From: Promethearchaeati archaeon
GTDB taxonomy: Archaea; Asgardarchaeota; Heimdallarchaeia; JABLTI01
Direction: 5' to 3'
DNA length: 64,000 nucleotides
Assembly (NCBI GenBank): GCA_013166835.1
Contig: JABLTI010000001.1
Location: 22,852-86,851 of the forward strand
A program made the position numbers and the translations under genes. A model generated the notes under the pieces. It was not told the origin of the DNA. It ran no database searches and worked only from the letters and a program-made list of their open reading frames with translations. Each line of letters opens with the position of its first letter. Positions within the stretch are counted from its first letter, which is position 1. Shown here piece after piece: positions 20,059 through 29,784 of the stretch.

Positions 20059-21609
20059 TTACTTTTTATTCTTCTTCAGATAGGCCCTCCACGTAATAGC
20101 CCATCTTGCAGGATCATCTAAAGGTTCATGGTCATACTTATGAACAACACTTCTATGAGGAGCATTCTTAACTATCTCTGGATTCTCATATGCTTCTTTT
20201 ACCACTTGTTTCAGTCCTTCGATGTATTCATCGATCTCTTCTTTCGAGTAAGACTCTGTGGGTTCAAGAGTGAAAGGTTGAGGAACAATAAAGGGGTGAT
20301 GAGAAGACCACATATGAAATCCGAAATCAGCCATACGATACGTGACATCTTCAGTAGTTATTCCAGTGTCTTTGTAAAGTTGTTCCCAGCTGTAACGAAC
20401 TTGTTCTATACGATGTCTACCTTTCGCGTAAGGAGCGCTTGCCCCGCGAATTTCCAGCACTTTTTTCAAAAGATAATTGTTGTTAAGAACAGCAATGCGA
20501 GAAGCTTCAACTAAACCTTCACGACCTAAACTCATAATCCAAGAATAAGCCTTCAAAACAGCAGGAATAACACCATGAAAACCTCGAACTTTACCAATGC
20601 TCTTTGGAAGATCATGTTTGAAATAATACTTCTTTCCATCAAATTCTACTAAAGGAACAGGTAAATAATCAATAAATTCCTTAGTTGCTCCGAGAGCTCC
20701 GGAAGCTGGTCCTCCGCAGCCATGTGGTGAAGAAAAGGTTTTGTGTAGATTAAAGAAACAGAGATCGAATCCCGCTTCTTTCGCTCTTGTAATTCCCAGT
20801 AAACCATTAGCATTTGCTTGGTCATACCCGCAAATCCCACCTGCTTCGTGAACAATTTTTGTAAATTCTTTGATTTGCGGATTAAAGATTCCAGTATCTT
20901 CTGGATTAGTAATTAGTAATCCCGCAGTTCTTTCTGAAACTACTTTTTTCAGGGCTTCGACATCTGGCAATCCATCTTCGTTAGGATAGATACTGATGAC
21001 TTTATACCCTTTTATATCCGGTGCAGCCGCATCAGAAGGATGTGAGAACATAGTGGTAATAATTTCATCTCGTTTTTCTCCTTCTCCTCTAGATTCATGG
21101 TAAGCTTGGATTATGGAAACTATTGTAAAAATTGCTTGACTCCCACTAGCTGGTTGAACTGTAAATTTATCCATCCCTGAGATTTCTCTCAGAAACAAGT
21201 CTAGTTTATACATTATTTCTAGGGTGCCTTGTGCTGTGCTTTCATCTTGCGATGGATGAAGTTCAGTGAATTTTGGAGAAGTGGCAAATTTCTCATTGAT
21301 TTTTGGGCTGTATTTCATTGTGCACGTTCCTTGTCCAATATCTACATTCAAGTCAGCACCAAGAGTTTGCTGGGACATACGAAGATAATGTTTGAGAACA
21401 CGCATTTGAGATATCTCTGGGAGATGCGGAGGTTGTTTTCTTCTCATTGATTCGGGGATTTTAGAAAATCCATCACCGACAATTTCCTCTATTTCTTTCT
21501 CAATCTTAGGAAATAGTATACCTCGTTCTCCTTTGTTACTTAATTCATAAATAACAGGTTCATCCCATTTTGCTTGATGAAAATTTCTTACTCCGATTTT
21601 TTTGGTCAT
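20059..21609 (-). CDS. gcvPB: Glycine dehydrogenase (P protein) subunit 2-like
   Basis: GTCTMKYSP, ITNPED, NLHKTF with PLP lysine, EPTES. Confidence 0.9.
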   Translation of the reverse strand: MTKKIGVRNFHQAKWDEPVIYELSNKGERGILFPKIEKEIEEIVGDGFSKIPESMRRKQPPHLPEISQMRVLKHYLRMSQQTLGADLNVDIGQGTCTMKYSPKINEKFATSPKFTELHPSQDESTAQGTLEIMYKLDLFLREISGMDKFTVQPASGSQAIFTIVSIIQAYHESRGEGEKRDEIITTMFSHPSDAAAPDIKGYKVISIYPNEDGLPDVEALKKVVSERTAGLLITNPEDTGIFNPQIKEFTKIVHEAGGICGYDQANANGLLGITRAKEAGFDLCFFNLHKTFSSPHGCGGPASGALGATKEFIDYLPVPLVEFDGKKYYFKHDLPKSIGKVRGFHGVIPAVLKAYSWIMSLGREGLVEASRIAVLNNNYLLKKVLEIRGASAPYAKGRHRIEQVRYSWEQLYKDTGITTEDVTYRMADFGFHMWSSHHPFIVPQPFTLEPTESYSKEEIDEYIEGLKQVVKEAYENPEIVKNAPHRSVVHKYDHEPLDDPARWAITWRAYLKKNKK

Positions 21610-21635
21610 CTTTCTTAACTCCTTTCAAGTTCTCC

Positions 21636-23033
21636 TTAGTTCAAGCACTCATCCAAAGCTTGGACAAGTCGATCTATGTCCTCCTTTGTGTGCACTTCAG
21701 TTACACAATAGACTGCGCATTTCCCTAATTCAGAAAATTCTGCAGAGACATCTTTACCGCCGAAAATACCTTTCTTAAGCAAAGATTTGTTCACATTTTC
21801 TACCGTTTTACCGGAACCACTGAAATCCACGACAAATTCTTTGAAGTGAGGTGATTTCTGGAAAGGAATTTTTACTCCTTTTATTTCGGAGAGTTTCTTT
21901 ATTGCATACTGTGATTTTTGCAGAATTAGTTGGCCTAATTCTTGTAATCCTTGTGGTCCAACCAAAGCCAAGTAGACACCAGCAGTAATACCCCACAATG
22001 CTGCAGCTGTCCCTACATATTCTTTACCTTCTTCTCGACCATGAAAAGAAGTTCGATCATAAAACACATCACCAAAACCCCATTCGCCTTCAACAGCAGT
22101 TTTAGTAACACCAAATAACCTCGAAGGATACTCACTTACGAATTTTTCATCGTCATGAGTGCCGATAAATCCTGCGAGCCCCCCACCAAATTGCATGTGA
22201 ATACCAAAAGCTTGAACATCACCACATACAATATCCGCTCCGTAATTGCTTGGAGGAGCTAAAACACTCAAGGACATAGGATCTAATCCTACAATGCTTA
22301 AAGCACCGTGTTTATGAGCGATCTCTGAAATAATTTTGCCTTGATCATCTATACATCCTAAGTACGAGGGATTTTCAAAGTAAATACAAGCAGTTTTTGA
22401 AGATATTTTTGTTTTCAAGTCTTCAAGATCAAGTCGTCCAGTTTTCAAATTGAAGTCAACAAATTTTACCTCTACAACAGGTTTGCAATAGTTTTGAATT
22501 ATTTTGAGTCTATCTGGAGAAATAGATTTAGAAATTAATACTTCAGAACGACCGGTTATTCTTCCTGCCATGCGTATTGAAGTACTTGCAGCTTGCCCCC
22601 AATCAAAAGTTGGGATATTTACGACATCCATTTCTAAAAGATCACCCATCATGCTTGCGTACTCAAAACATGCTTGAAATCTTCCGTGATCTTCGTATGG
22701 TTCACCAGCGTACGCAGTCAAAAATTCCGATCGTTGATTGATTTCATCACAAATTGCTGGTACGTAATGTTGCCAACAATCGCCACCCAAAAAACTAAGA
22801 TTTTCCTGACAAGTCTTATTTTTCGCTAGGATTCCTTCCACATGTTTTTTGAGACCAAATTCCGAAGGAAAAGGATCGGGTAATTTCAGTTCACCTTTGA
22901 ACCTTAGATTCTCAGGAATGTCCTCGTAGAGTTCTTCTATATCCTTTACTCCAATTTCTTTCATCATTTTTGCCTTAACTTCTGGAACAGAATTCGGAAT
23001 GTAAGGATGAATGAGTTTCGTTTCTTTAACCAT
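21636..23033 (-). CDS. gcvPA: Glycine dehydrogenase (P protein) subunit 1-like
   Basis: HPYIPNS, RSEFLTAY, GADIVCGD, CVTE. Confidence 0.9.
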   Translation of the reverse strand: MVKETKLIHPYIPNSVPEVKAKMMKEIGVKDIEELYEDIPENLRFKGELKLPDPFPSEFGLKKHVEGILAKNKTCQENLSFLGGDCWQHYVPAICDEINQRSEFLTAYAGEPYEDHGRFQACFEYASMMGDLLEMDVVNIPTFDWGQAASTSIRMAGRITGRSEVLISKSISPDRLKIIQNYCKPVVEVKFVDFNLKTGRLDLEDLKTKISSKTACIYFENPSYLGCIDDQGKIISEIAHKHGALSIVGLDPMSLSVLAPPSNYGADIVCGDVQAFGIHMQFGGGLAGFIGTHDDEKFVSEYPSRLFGVTKTAVEGEWGFGDVFYDRTSFHGREEGKEYVGTAAALWGITAGVYLALVGPQGLQELGQLILQKSQYAIKKLSEIKGVKIPFQKSPHFKEFVVDFSGSGKTVENVNKSLLKKGIFGGKDVSAEFSELGKCAVYCVTEVHTKEDIDRLVQALDECLN

Positions 23034-23066
23034 AAAATTAAACCACCAATAAATTGTACCTGTAGA

Positions 23067-23867
23067 TTAAGCTAATCCCCCACCATCTACAATAAGGAAC
23101 GTGCCTGTCACCCAACTTGAAAGGTCACTAGCAAGATAAAGAACTGCATGAGCGACATCTTTTACATCGCCTACTCGTCCAAGAGGTCTATCTGCTGCTT
23201 CTTTCATGAATTCTTCTACATCTAGCCCTAATTGTTTTGCTTCTCCTCGAAGTAGGGGAGTATCAACATCGCCTGGACAAACACAGTTAACACGAATCCC
23301 TTGCTTTCCAAAGTCAATTGCCATTGCTCGAGTCATATTTACAACTCCTCCTTTGGCTGCGCAGTAAGCAACCGCATTAGGTCCTCCTTTGATGCCCCAA
23401 CCTGAACCATTGTTAATAATACTCCCTCCTTTGCCTTCGATCATAATTGGAATTACGTATCGAGAAAGCAAGTAGACAGATTTTAGGTTAACATTAATCA
23501 TTAAATCCCAGTCTTTTTCCTCTAAATTCACAATGTTCTTTCGTCGCATTACTCCAGCATTATTAAAGAGAACATCTATTCTCCCAAACTCTTTGTGGAT
23601 CGCTTGAATTGTTTTCTTGCAATCGGAATCAGAGGAAACATCACAAAAGAGAAATTTAGATTTTCCACCCGATTTTTTAATTTTCTCAACTGCTTTAATG
23701 CCTTCAGACTCATTGATATCTAATATTACTACAGTAGCACCTGCTTCCGCTAATAGTTCGGCAGATGCTAATCCGATACCGGATGATCCTCCAGTTACAA
23801 TAGCAATTTTTCCATCTAAGGAAATCTGTTCTAATATACGACTATTTTTTGAAACCATATCTTTCAA
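23067..23867 (-). CDS. Short-chain dehydrogenase/reductase
   Basis: TGGSSGIG, NNAG, YCAAK. Confidence 0.95.
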   Translation of the reverse strand: MKDMVSKNSRILEQISLDGKIAIVTGGSSGIGLASAELLAEAGATVVILDINESEGIKAVEKIKKSGGKSKFLFCDVSSDSDCKKTIQAIHKEFGRIDVLFNNAGVMRRKNIVNLEEKDWDLMINVNLKSVYLLSRYVIPIMIEGKGGSIINNGSGWGIKGGPNAVAYCAAKGGVVNMTRAMAIDFGKQGIRVNCVCPGDVDTPLLRGEAKQLGLDVEEFMKEAADRPLGRVGDVKDVAHAVLYLASDLSSWVTGTFLIVDGGGLA

Positions 23868-23900
23868 CTTCCATAAATTACATCATCTTTAATTCGAAAA

Positions 23901-24677
23901 TCACTCATCCATAGGAGTATAAGGACCAGCTGTTTCTCCACCATCGATAGCTATAGCTTGGCCAGTAATATAGGCTGCTTCTTTTGAAGCCAAGAACGCG
24001 AATAACCCCGCAACTTCTGCAGGTTCAGCATGACGTTGCAAAGGAATTTTAGCATTGACTACTTCTAACATTTCGGGAGTATATTCAGCTTTTTGCATCG
24101 GGGTTAAAACATAGCCAGGACAAATAGCATTAACTCTCAACCAGGGAGCAAATTCCAAGGCCAAAGTTTTAGCTAAAAGCATAACACCTGCTTTGGAGCT
24201 GTTATAGTCAGCGTAATATGCATGCCCTTCCATTCCATTTGTTGAGGCTGTTAACAAAACTACTCCAGAACGCTGCTTCTTCATTCGAAGAATTGCTTCT
24301 TTCGAACAAAGAAACATTCCATCAAGATTAACCCGGAGAACCTTGGACCATTGTTCATAATCAATTTTTAGAAAAGGATTACGGAAACTAACTCCAGCGT
24401 TAGAAATTAGGATATCAATACCCCCAAGGAGTTCATCCACTTGTTTGAATGCTTGCTCAACATCCTTAGGATTGCTCACATCAGCAAGCACTCCACCTGC
24501 TAATTCAGGAATTTCATCTGCTGCTCTATCTAGAGCTTCCTGATCCCAATCAATAATAACAACCTTGGATTTTTCAGCAATAAAACGTTCTGCCGTTGCA
24601 AACCCAATACCACTTGCCCCACCAGTTATGACAACTCTTTTCCCTTCAAGATCTTTGTAAATACCCAATTTTATCAC
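23901..24677 (-). CDS. Short-chain dehydrogenase/reductase
   Basis: TGGASGIG, SNAG, YNSSK. Confidence 0.95.
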   Translation of the reverse strand: MIKLGIYKDLEGKRVVITGGASGIGFATAERFIAEKSKVVIIDWDQEALDRAADEIPELAGGVLADVSNPKDVEQAFKQVDELLGGIDILISNAGVSFRNPFLKIDYEQWSKVLRVNLDGMFLCSKEAILRMKKQRSGVVLLTASTNGMEGHAYYADYNSSKAGVMLLAKTLALEFAPWLRVNAICPGYVLTPMQKAEYTPEMLEVVNAKIPLQRHAEPAEVAGLFAFLASKEAAYITGQAIAIDGGETAGPYTPMDE

Positions 24678-24701
24678 ACCATGGTTTTGGATTGAATATT
24701 T

Positions 24702-24709
24702 TTATTAAA
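24702..24709 (-). promoter_or_regulatory. TATA box of the SDR-gcvP operon
   Basis: GAAATGC-TTTAATAA about 25 nt before the GTG start (near-leaderless). Confidence 0.5.
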
Positions 24710-24799
24710 GCATTTCCAACAGCTATTCAAAACCACTACCCTCTTTGAAAGCAGCAACAGTTTAAAGAATTTATGATGAAAAAGGAGAACTTAATGTAA

Positions 24800-24948
24800 G
24801 AAGAATTAGATGTATCCCTCAGAAAACGAGGGACACACAGTCCAAAAAGAATATTTGATCAGCTCAAATATTCGCAGAGTTGGTCCTAGAAAGGAATTAT
24901 TTTGCCGGGGGGCGACAAAAGTAGACCTTGTGTGCCAATCTCTGATGT
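24800..24948 (-). ncRNA. Candidate structured ncRNA with several helices and alternative pairings
   Basis: At least five stems; G-U pairs work only on the minus strand; TTTTTAAA box at 24976-24969. Confidence 0.55.
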
Positions 24949-25158
24949 AGATATGGTTTCTCATTTCCTTTAAAAATCTCACTTCAACATCCAAATATAT
25001 TGAAAGAAAAAAAATCCAGAAATTATTTGTAAAAATAACTAGAAATCTATTTGAATTATGAACTTTCAAAAATAAGAAAAGAATTAAAAGTAATTACAGA
25101 GAGAAAGATAATAGTAAATAACCAATATATCGTATAAAACTAATATGGTGAAAATATT

Positions 25159-25482
25159 ATGACCGAAGAATCCGACTATTTCCATTTGTACATGAATACT
25201 GTTTCAGGTACACCCGAGCCGATCATACGTGGTGTCCTCTTGTTCTTCAAGAGCATTTTTTCAAACGAAGAATTATCCAGTATGGAGCGAGATATTTCAC
25301 ATCAAGATGCCTACAGTTTAGTTAGCACACAAAAGATCCTTAGCTCTCAATACGGTGTTGGTGATGAGACCATACGACAAATTTTGCAATTAATGAATAA
25401 AAAGTTCAAAGAAGCTATTGAAAAGAAAGAGATTACCTCTCGCAAACTTGACTTTATTCGAAACGTCAAGAAGAAACATTAG
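25159..25482 (+). CDS. Small protein resembling the C-terminal cyclin/HTH part of TFB
   Basis: STQKILSSQYGVGDETIRQ resembles the TFB HTH TQxEIAxxxGVTEVTIR; GGTGA upstream of the ATG. Confidence 0.45.
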   Translation: MTEESDYFHLYMNTVSGTPEPIIRGVLLFFKSIFSNEELSSMERDISHQDAYSLVSTQKILSSQYGVGDETIRQILQLMNKKFKEAIEKKEITSRKLDFIRNVKKKH

Positions 25483-25574
25483 ATTCTATTTATTTATGAA
25501 AGAGAAGGGAAAAAAATCCCCCTCCTTTCACGCATAGTATTTGACCAAGAACGGTTCATTAATTGATTTTTCTT

Positions 25575-26666
25575 TTATTTTTCATTACTTTCAGGAAAGA
25601 GGTTGTTCTCTTTCAGTTTATTTCTTAGATTAAATTCTGACCAAAATGTATAGGCAAGTGATCTAATAGGTATTGCTTCTTCTGGCTCTTCAGTATTTGA
25701 GCTTTCGACGAGGAAGAGTGTCAGCCATCCTGGTACAGATTCAGGATTGCGGAAATTGTAATCGAATTTTTCTTTTGCGAAATGCTTGGCGATGGACCAG
25801 ATTATTAACCTCGAAGCGAAATCCAAATCTTGATGTTTGATTAATTTAGATAATGCTTTTTTGAGGTCTTTTGATGAAGTGAAACTCGTGATGTACTTCT
25901 GGGTCATTGAAACAATTTCTAAATAATCTTTATTTCCGGAGATGATTGGGTCTTTCTTTAGCCGATTTAAGTTGTTTATCACGTTCAAATAGAAAACTCG
26001 TAAATCGTTTCCTTCTTTTTCAGGTTTTTTTACAAGAAGATTCCAAGCAATCAAGTCGTTTTCTGCTTTTGCTATTTCGAAGAGCTTGATCATTCTTTGA
26101 TAATCAAATCGTTTATTGATCTCTTCAAGTAGCTCTTTAGTGAATTTTCTGCCATTCTTTCTACAAAACGATTTAAAGATAGCAAGAATAAATCCTCTTC
26201 TTTTTCTGGGAGTGAGTTTAAGTTCTCCTCGTTCTTTCACGTATTTCTCCACTTTAGGGATAATCCTATAGCAGAAATCTTCTACTTCTCGAATTAATTC
26301 CACCGGGAAGAAGTCTCTTAGGAGATCAAAATCCTCTCGTATAGCTGTTGCTGTCTTATCATTCTTGCGAATGTATTCTAGCATACTAAAATAGCTTCTA
26401 TCTTTATGCTCTTTCTTGAGAATTTTTTTGAGATTCTCTTTTGAAACATATGACCCTAGTTGTATTTTACTTCTATAGGGTTTCACGCTTCTATCTGCTC
26501 GATTGAAGCTTACCAATTCAGCAGTTCTTTCCTTTTCAATATTTCCTTTCTTTTCTTTTCCACTCTCTTCGTAATTTGCCACATCAATCTTTGAAAAATC
26601 AATCCCAACAGGTAGTCTGGTGCTGCTGAAGTTTTCGTTGGAATAATTGATTGTGTTTTTGGACAT
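25575..26666 (-). CDS. Divergent TFB/TFIIB-like cyclin-fold protein without a zinc ribbon
   Basis: RKRRGFILAIFKSFCRKNG resembles cyclin repeat 1; SEFNLRNKLKE resembles TEVTIRNRYKE; GAGGA upstream of the ATG. Confidence 0.45.
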   Translation of the reverse strand: MSKNTINYSNENFSSTRLPVGIDFSKIDVANYEESGKEKKGNIEKERTAELVSFNRADRSVKPYRSKIQLGSYVSKENLKKILKKEHKDRSYFSMLEYIRKNDKTATAIREDFDLLRDFFPVELIREVEDFCYRIIPKVEKYVKERGELKLTPRKRRGFILAIFKSFCRKNGRKFTKELLEEINKRFDYQRMIKLFEIAKAENDLIAWNLLVKKPEKEGNDLRVFYLNVINNLNRLKKDPIISGNKDYLEIVSMTQKYITSFTSSKDLKKALSKLIKHQDLDFASRLIIWSIAKHFAKEKFDYNFRNPESVPGWLTLFLVESSNTEEPEEAIPIRSLAYTFWSEFNLRNKLKENNLFPESNEK

Positions 26667-26879
26667 TTTTTTGATCCTCGTTGTTCTTTTCTAAGTTATA
26701 ACTCTCGAAGATTAATCATAAGACTTCTCGAAGAAATTTTTTTCTTCCTTGTTTTCGCACCACGTTTTCTTTATGTCTTTCTTTTCCGAAAAGGTCTTTT
26801 TTGTCGGGTTATTTTTCCCAATACGGTCGTATTCTCTATTTTAATTTTGAAAGGAGTCTTTTCCAAGGTATTTTTTTCC

Positions 26880-26893
26880 CTATAAATTTATAG
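26880..26893. promoter_or_regulatory. Perfect 14-bp TATA-containing palindrome
   Basis: CTATAAATTTATAG in the 490-bp divergent intergenic region. Confidence 0.4.
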
Positions 26894-27156
26894 TGTGAAA
26901 GAAACTTTGCAAATTTATAAAAAAAATAATGCATTAATTTTAGCAAGATAATTCAATAATAAAAAAGAGTGATTTTCTCTAGGGAATAGTGGTTTTCTCA
27001 AGTATTCACTATCATTTTTTCTTTAAAAATCCCTCAAAAATTGTTTCTAGAGCATTTTCGGTTTCAATATGAAGAGGAGTACTTAATAATTCCAAGTAAA
27101 AATACACATTAAAGAACAAGTTTAGGTATATTATCATCCCCGGAGTCAACAAGCCC

Positions 27157-28074
27157 ATGAGAAGAGAAAACATTCCTCTGAGAAATTTCCGGTTATCGGT
27201 GTTTCCCTTAATAATTGTAATAGAGTTTGCACTATCAATCTTGTTTCTTGTTATGCCGTATTTTGATTCTGAATTTGGAGCCTTATCTTATGGTTACTCT
27301 ATCTTTTTCGGTTGGTTGTTGGCTGTCACTTCATTACTTGTTGTTATCGGGGCTCTTTTGCTTTTCCTCTCAACTTTCAATCTTACAAACTCACCTGCTA
27401 AAGAGTTCTTTCACTCAGAGAAAAAGATGCAACTAATTGGTTTCTCTACAATTTTTGTTATCTTTCTACAAATTGTCTCTTTAGCTATAACTCAAATATA
27501 TTACGCTCTTTTCTACCCGGATCTTACTTCCATTTATCTCCTTATTCTAGCATTAAGCTTGTTTCTCCCTGTTCTCCTCTACTTTATAGCTAATTTCGAA
27601 ATCAAATCAGAAACAACCTATGCTCTTTCCAAAGAAACCCCCACAAGAATAAAACTAACAGCACTCTGGTTGATTTTCCTAATTGGTGTTATGCAAATTT
27701 TCGCAACTGAATGGGCTATTCTAGTAGTTGGTTTAATTATTTTGGTTGGCACTTATTTCTTCTTTTTCCTCAATCGTTTTGCAGTCTCACTTATGCCAAT
27801 AATTTTGTTGATTCATTTTGCTTTCAGTGTATTAATGGCTGTCTTATCTTTCGTCAATCTGAGTAATCTTATTGAGACAATAGAATCTCTTGGGTACAAT
27901 TTTGGAACTACACAAGCGATAATCATGTCCGTTGTAGTTTTAATTATCCCTGGAATAATTTCCTTAATTCTAGGCCAATCATTCTTTAGGAGATGGCTTC
28001 TTGAATGGGTTAGGAGTGTGCACCCCGAACCTGAAATGGAAATACAATTAGAATACGTCGGAGATGAAGATTAG
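27157..28074 (+). CDS. Hypothetical polytopic membrane protein
   Basis: About 8 hydrophobic segments; long ORF with an SD-like GGAG. Confidence 0.7.
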   Translation: MRRENIPLRNFRLSVFPLIIVIEFALSILFLVMPYFDSEFGALSYGYSIFFGWLLAVTSLLVVIGALLLFLSTFNLTNSPAKEFFHSEKKMQLIGFSTIFVIFLQIVSLAITQIYYALFYPDLTSIYLLILALSLFLPVLLYFIANFEIKSETTYALSKETPTRIKLTALWLIFLIGVMQIFATEWAILVVGLIILVGTYFFFFLNRFAVSLMPIILLIHFAFSVLMAVLSFVNLSNLIETIESLGYNFGTTQAIIMSVVVLIIPGIISLILGQSFFRRWLLEWVRSVHPEPEMEIQLEYVGDED

Positions 28075-28770
28075 TCACTCTTCTTCTACTTTCAATTCTT
28101 CCTCTGTTTCCTCTTGTTTTGCTTTTCTCTTTTGTTTTAATTTGTATAATTGGATTCTCTTCAGCGTAAATGTAGCCATTGTCATTGTTGTCATTACCAG
28201 AAACATCAGTGTCATTATGAAACCTGGAACATTGCCACTAATAGGTCCAATGAACCCGTAGAAATCAGAACCATTCATTATCCCGTGTACAACACCAAAT
28301 ATTAGTGCAATATAGTTGAGCGCATGCATCCACCGCCAGCCTTTTTTGAAGCCTTTTCTAATTAGTGCTCCAATTACTGCTATATAGATGATAATTAATG
28401 CGGGTCTTCCTGCTAGCAACCAAAAATCAAATGCTGATGTAAATACTGGAAGAAACACCCTTGCTCCTTCTCTTGCAGTAGTAGCAATTGCTCTTTCAAT
28501 TGCAAAAAGCACAGGATGAAGAGTTATCATAGTTAACCCAAAGATCGTTAAGTAATGATGGATTTTTAGGAAAGGAACTTTGAAGATCTTGTACAATTCC
28601 TTCTGGAAAGGGGTGATCATTGAAGCAACAAACATAGAAGTCAGACCTAGTAGTGCGAATAACCGAATTAGTATTCCCAAACCTCCTATTGAGTTCAATA
28701 GGAAAAGAATAATTATGGCAGTAAAAAGACTACCAATGCTTGCTAAAAACACATATCCTTCTTTTTTCAT
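28075..28770 (-). CDS. Ferric reductase-like (heme b) transmembrane protein
   Basis: His pairs in TM helices: IHH...LHP and WMH...VHG. Confidence 0.7.
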   Translation of the reverse strand: MKKEGYVFLASIGSLFTAIIILFLLNSIGGLGILIRLFALLGLTSMFVASMITPFQKELYKIFKVPFLKIHHYLTIFGLTMITLHPVLFAIERAIATTAREGARVFLPVFTSAFDFWLLAGRPALIIIYIAVIGALIRKGFKKGWRWMHALNYIALIFGVVHGIMNGSDFYGFIGPISGNVPGFIMTLMFLVMTTMTMATFTLKRIQLYKLKQKRKAKQEETEEELKVEEE

Positions 28771-28847
28771 ATTGGAATAGTACCCCCAGTTTTTATTAAA
28801 TTTTTTAGCAAAAAACTAAAAACCCATCATTCTAGTGTAGTTTTGAT

Positions 28848-29756
28848 GTGATAAAAATGACTGATTATCTAATTGTATTGAATAAGGATGAAGATACTGT
28901 TTCTTTTGTGGATGAACCTAAAAGAAAAATTGTTAAAACTGTCAAAGTAGGACGAAGCCCACATGAAGTGTCTGTAACTCCAGATGGGCTCAAAGCGTAC
29001 ATTAGTTGTGCCGGAGCAAACACTGTTGAAGTTTTTGATATGAAAACTCTTGAGAAAGTAACAATAATAGAACACAAAGAATTCCGCTTTCCTCATGAAA
29101 GCAAGATCCTTCCAGATGGATCCAAAGTTATTCTTGCGAGCACGTACGCAAATAAAGTCTTCATCATTGACACAAAAACTGATGAAGTCGTCAAAATTAT
29201 TGACGCTAAGAGAATGAGTCATATGGTAGCCTTAGCTCCTGATGGTTTAAAGGCTTATATCAGCAATATTGGTTTTAATTCTGTATCTGTATTGGATACC
29301 AAAACATTCGAATGGATTACCCACATTCCAGTGGGTCGAAGTCCAGAAGGTATTGATGTTAGTCCAGATGGAAAATGGTTGTATTGTGCTAATCAAGACG
29401 ATGATATCGTTTATGCTATTGACACTAGCAACAATTCTTTGCAAGCAATTATTCATCTCGATAAAGTCCCAATTCGCGTAACTTTTAGCCCTGATGGCAA
29501 ATATGCTTTTGTTCCCAATCGTGAAGGTGGAACTCTCTCTGTTGTTCTAGTGGAAACTCATCGTGAAATTAAACGCATTCCAGTTGGGTTGTGGGCTGGA
29601 GGAACTGTTTTTAATGCAGATGGCTCTCTTAGCTACGTTGCCAACAACAAAACGAATGATATCTCAGTTATTGATGTAAAAACATTGAAAGTAATTGATA
29701 CAATAGATGTTGGTCTTCATCCTGACGGTATGGCTTTTTGTAGAGTCAAGGATTAA
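28848..29756 (+). CDS. YVTN/YncE beta-propeller repeat protein
   Basis: Repeated VG.xP...SPDG..xY.xN...xSVID units. Confidence 0.9.
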   Translation: MIKMTDYLIVLNKDEDTVSFVDEPKRKIVKTVKVGRSPHEVSVTPDGLKAYISCAGANTVEVFDMKTLEKVTIIEHKEFRFPHESKILPDGSKVILASTYANKVFIIDTKTDEVVKIIDAKRMSHMVALAPDGLKAYISNIGFNSVSVLDTKTFEWITHIPVGRSPEGIDVSPDGKWLYCANQDDDIVYAIDTSNNSLQAIIHLDKVPIRVTFSPDGKYAFVPNREGGTLSVVLVETHREIKRIPVGLWAGGTVFNADGSLSYVANNKTNDISVIDVKTLKVIDTIDVGLHPDGMAFCRVKD

Positions 29757-29784
29757 AGGAAAAACCAATTTAGGTGTTACTGAA

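Noticed and set aside
24800-24950. Known glycine or SAM-I riboswitch, hammerhead, or Sm-site snRNA
   Set aside because: Only scattered fragments (AUCAGAG, CGGCAA, AAUUCC, CUUUUUGG) without the required order or core; an Rfam scan is still needed
24806-25069. 87-aa minus-strand ORF
   Set aside because: TTG start in an A/T tract with no RBS; the region is better explained by RNA structure and a promoter
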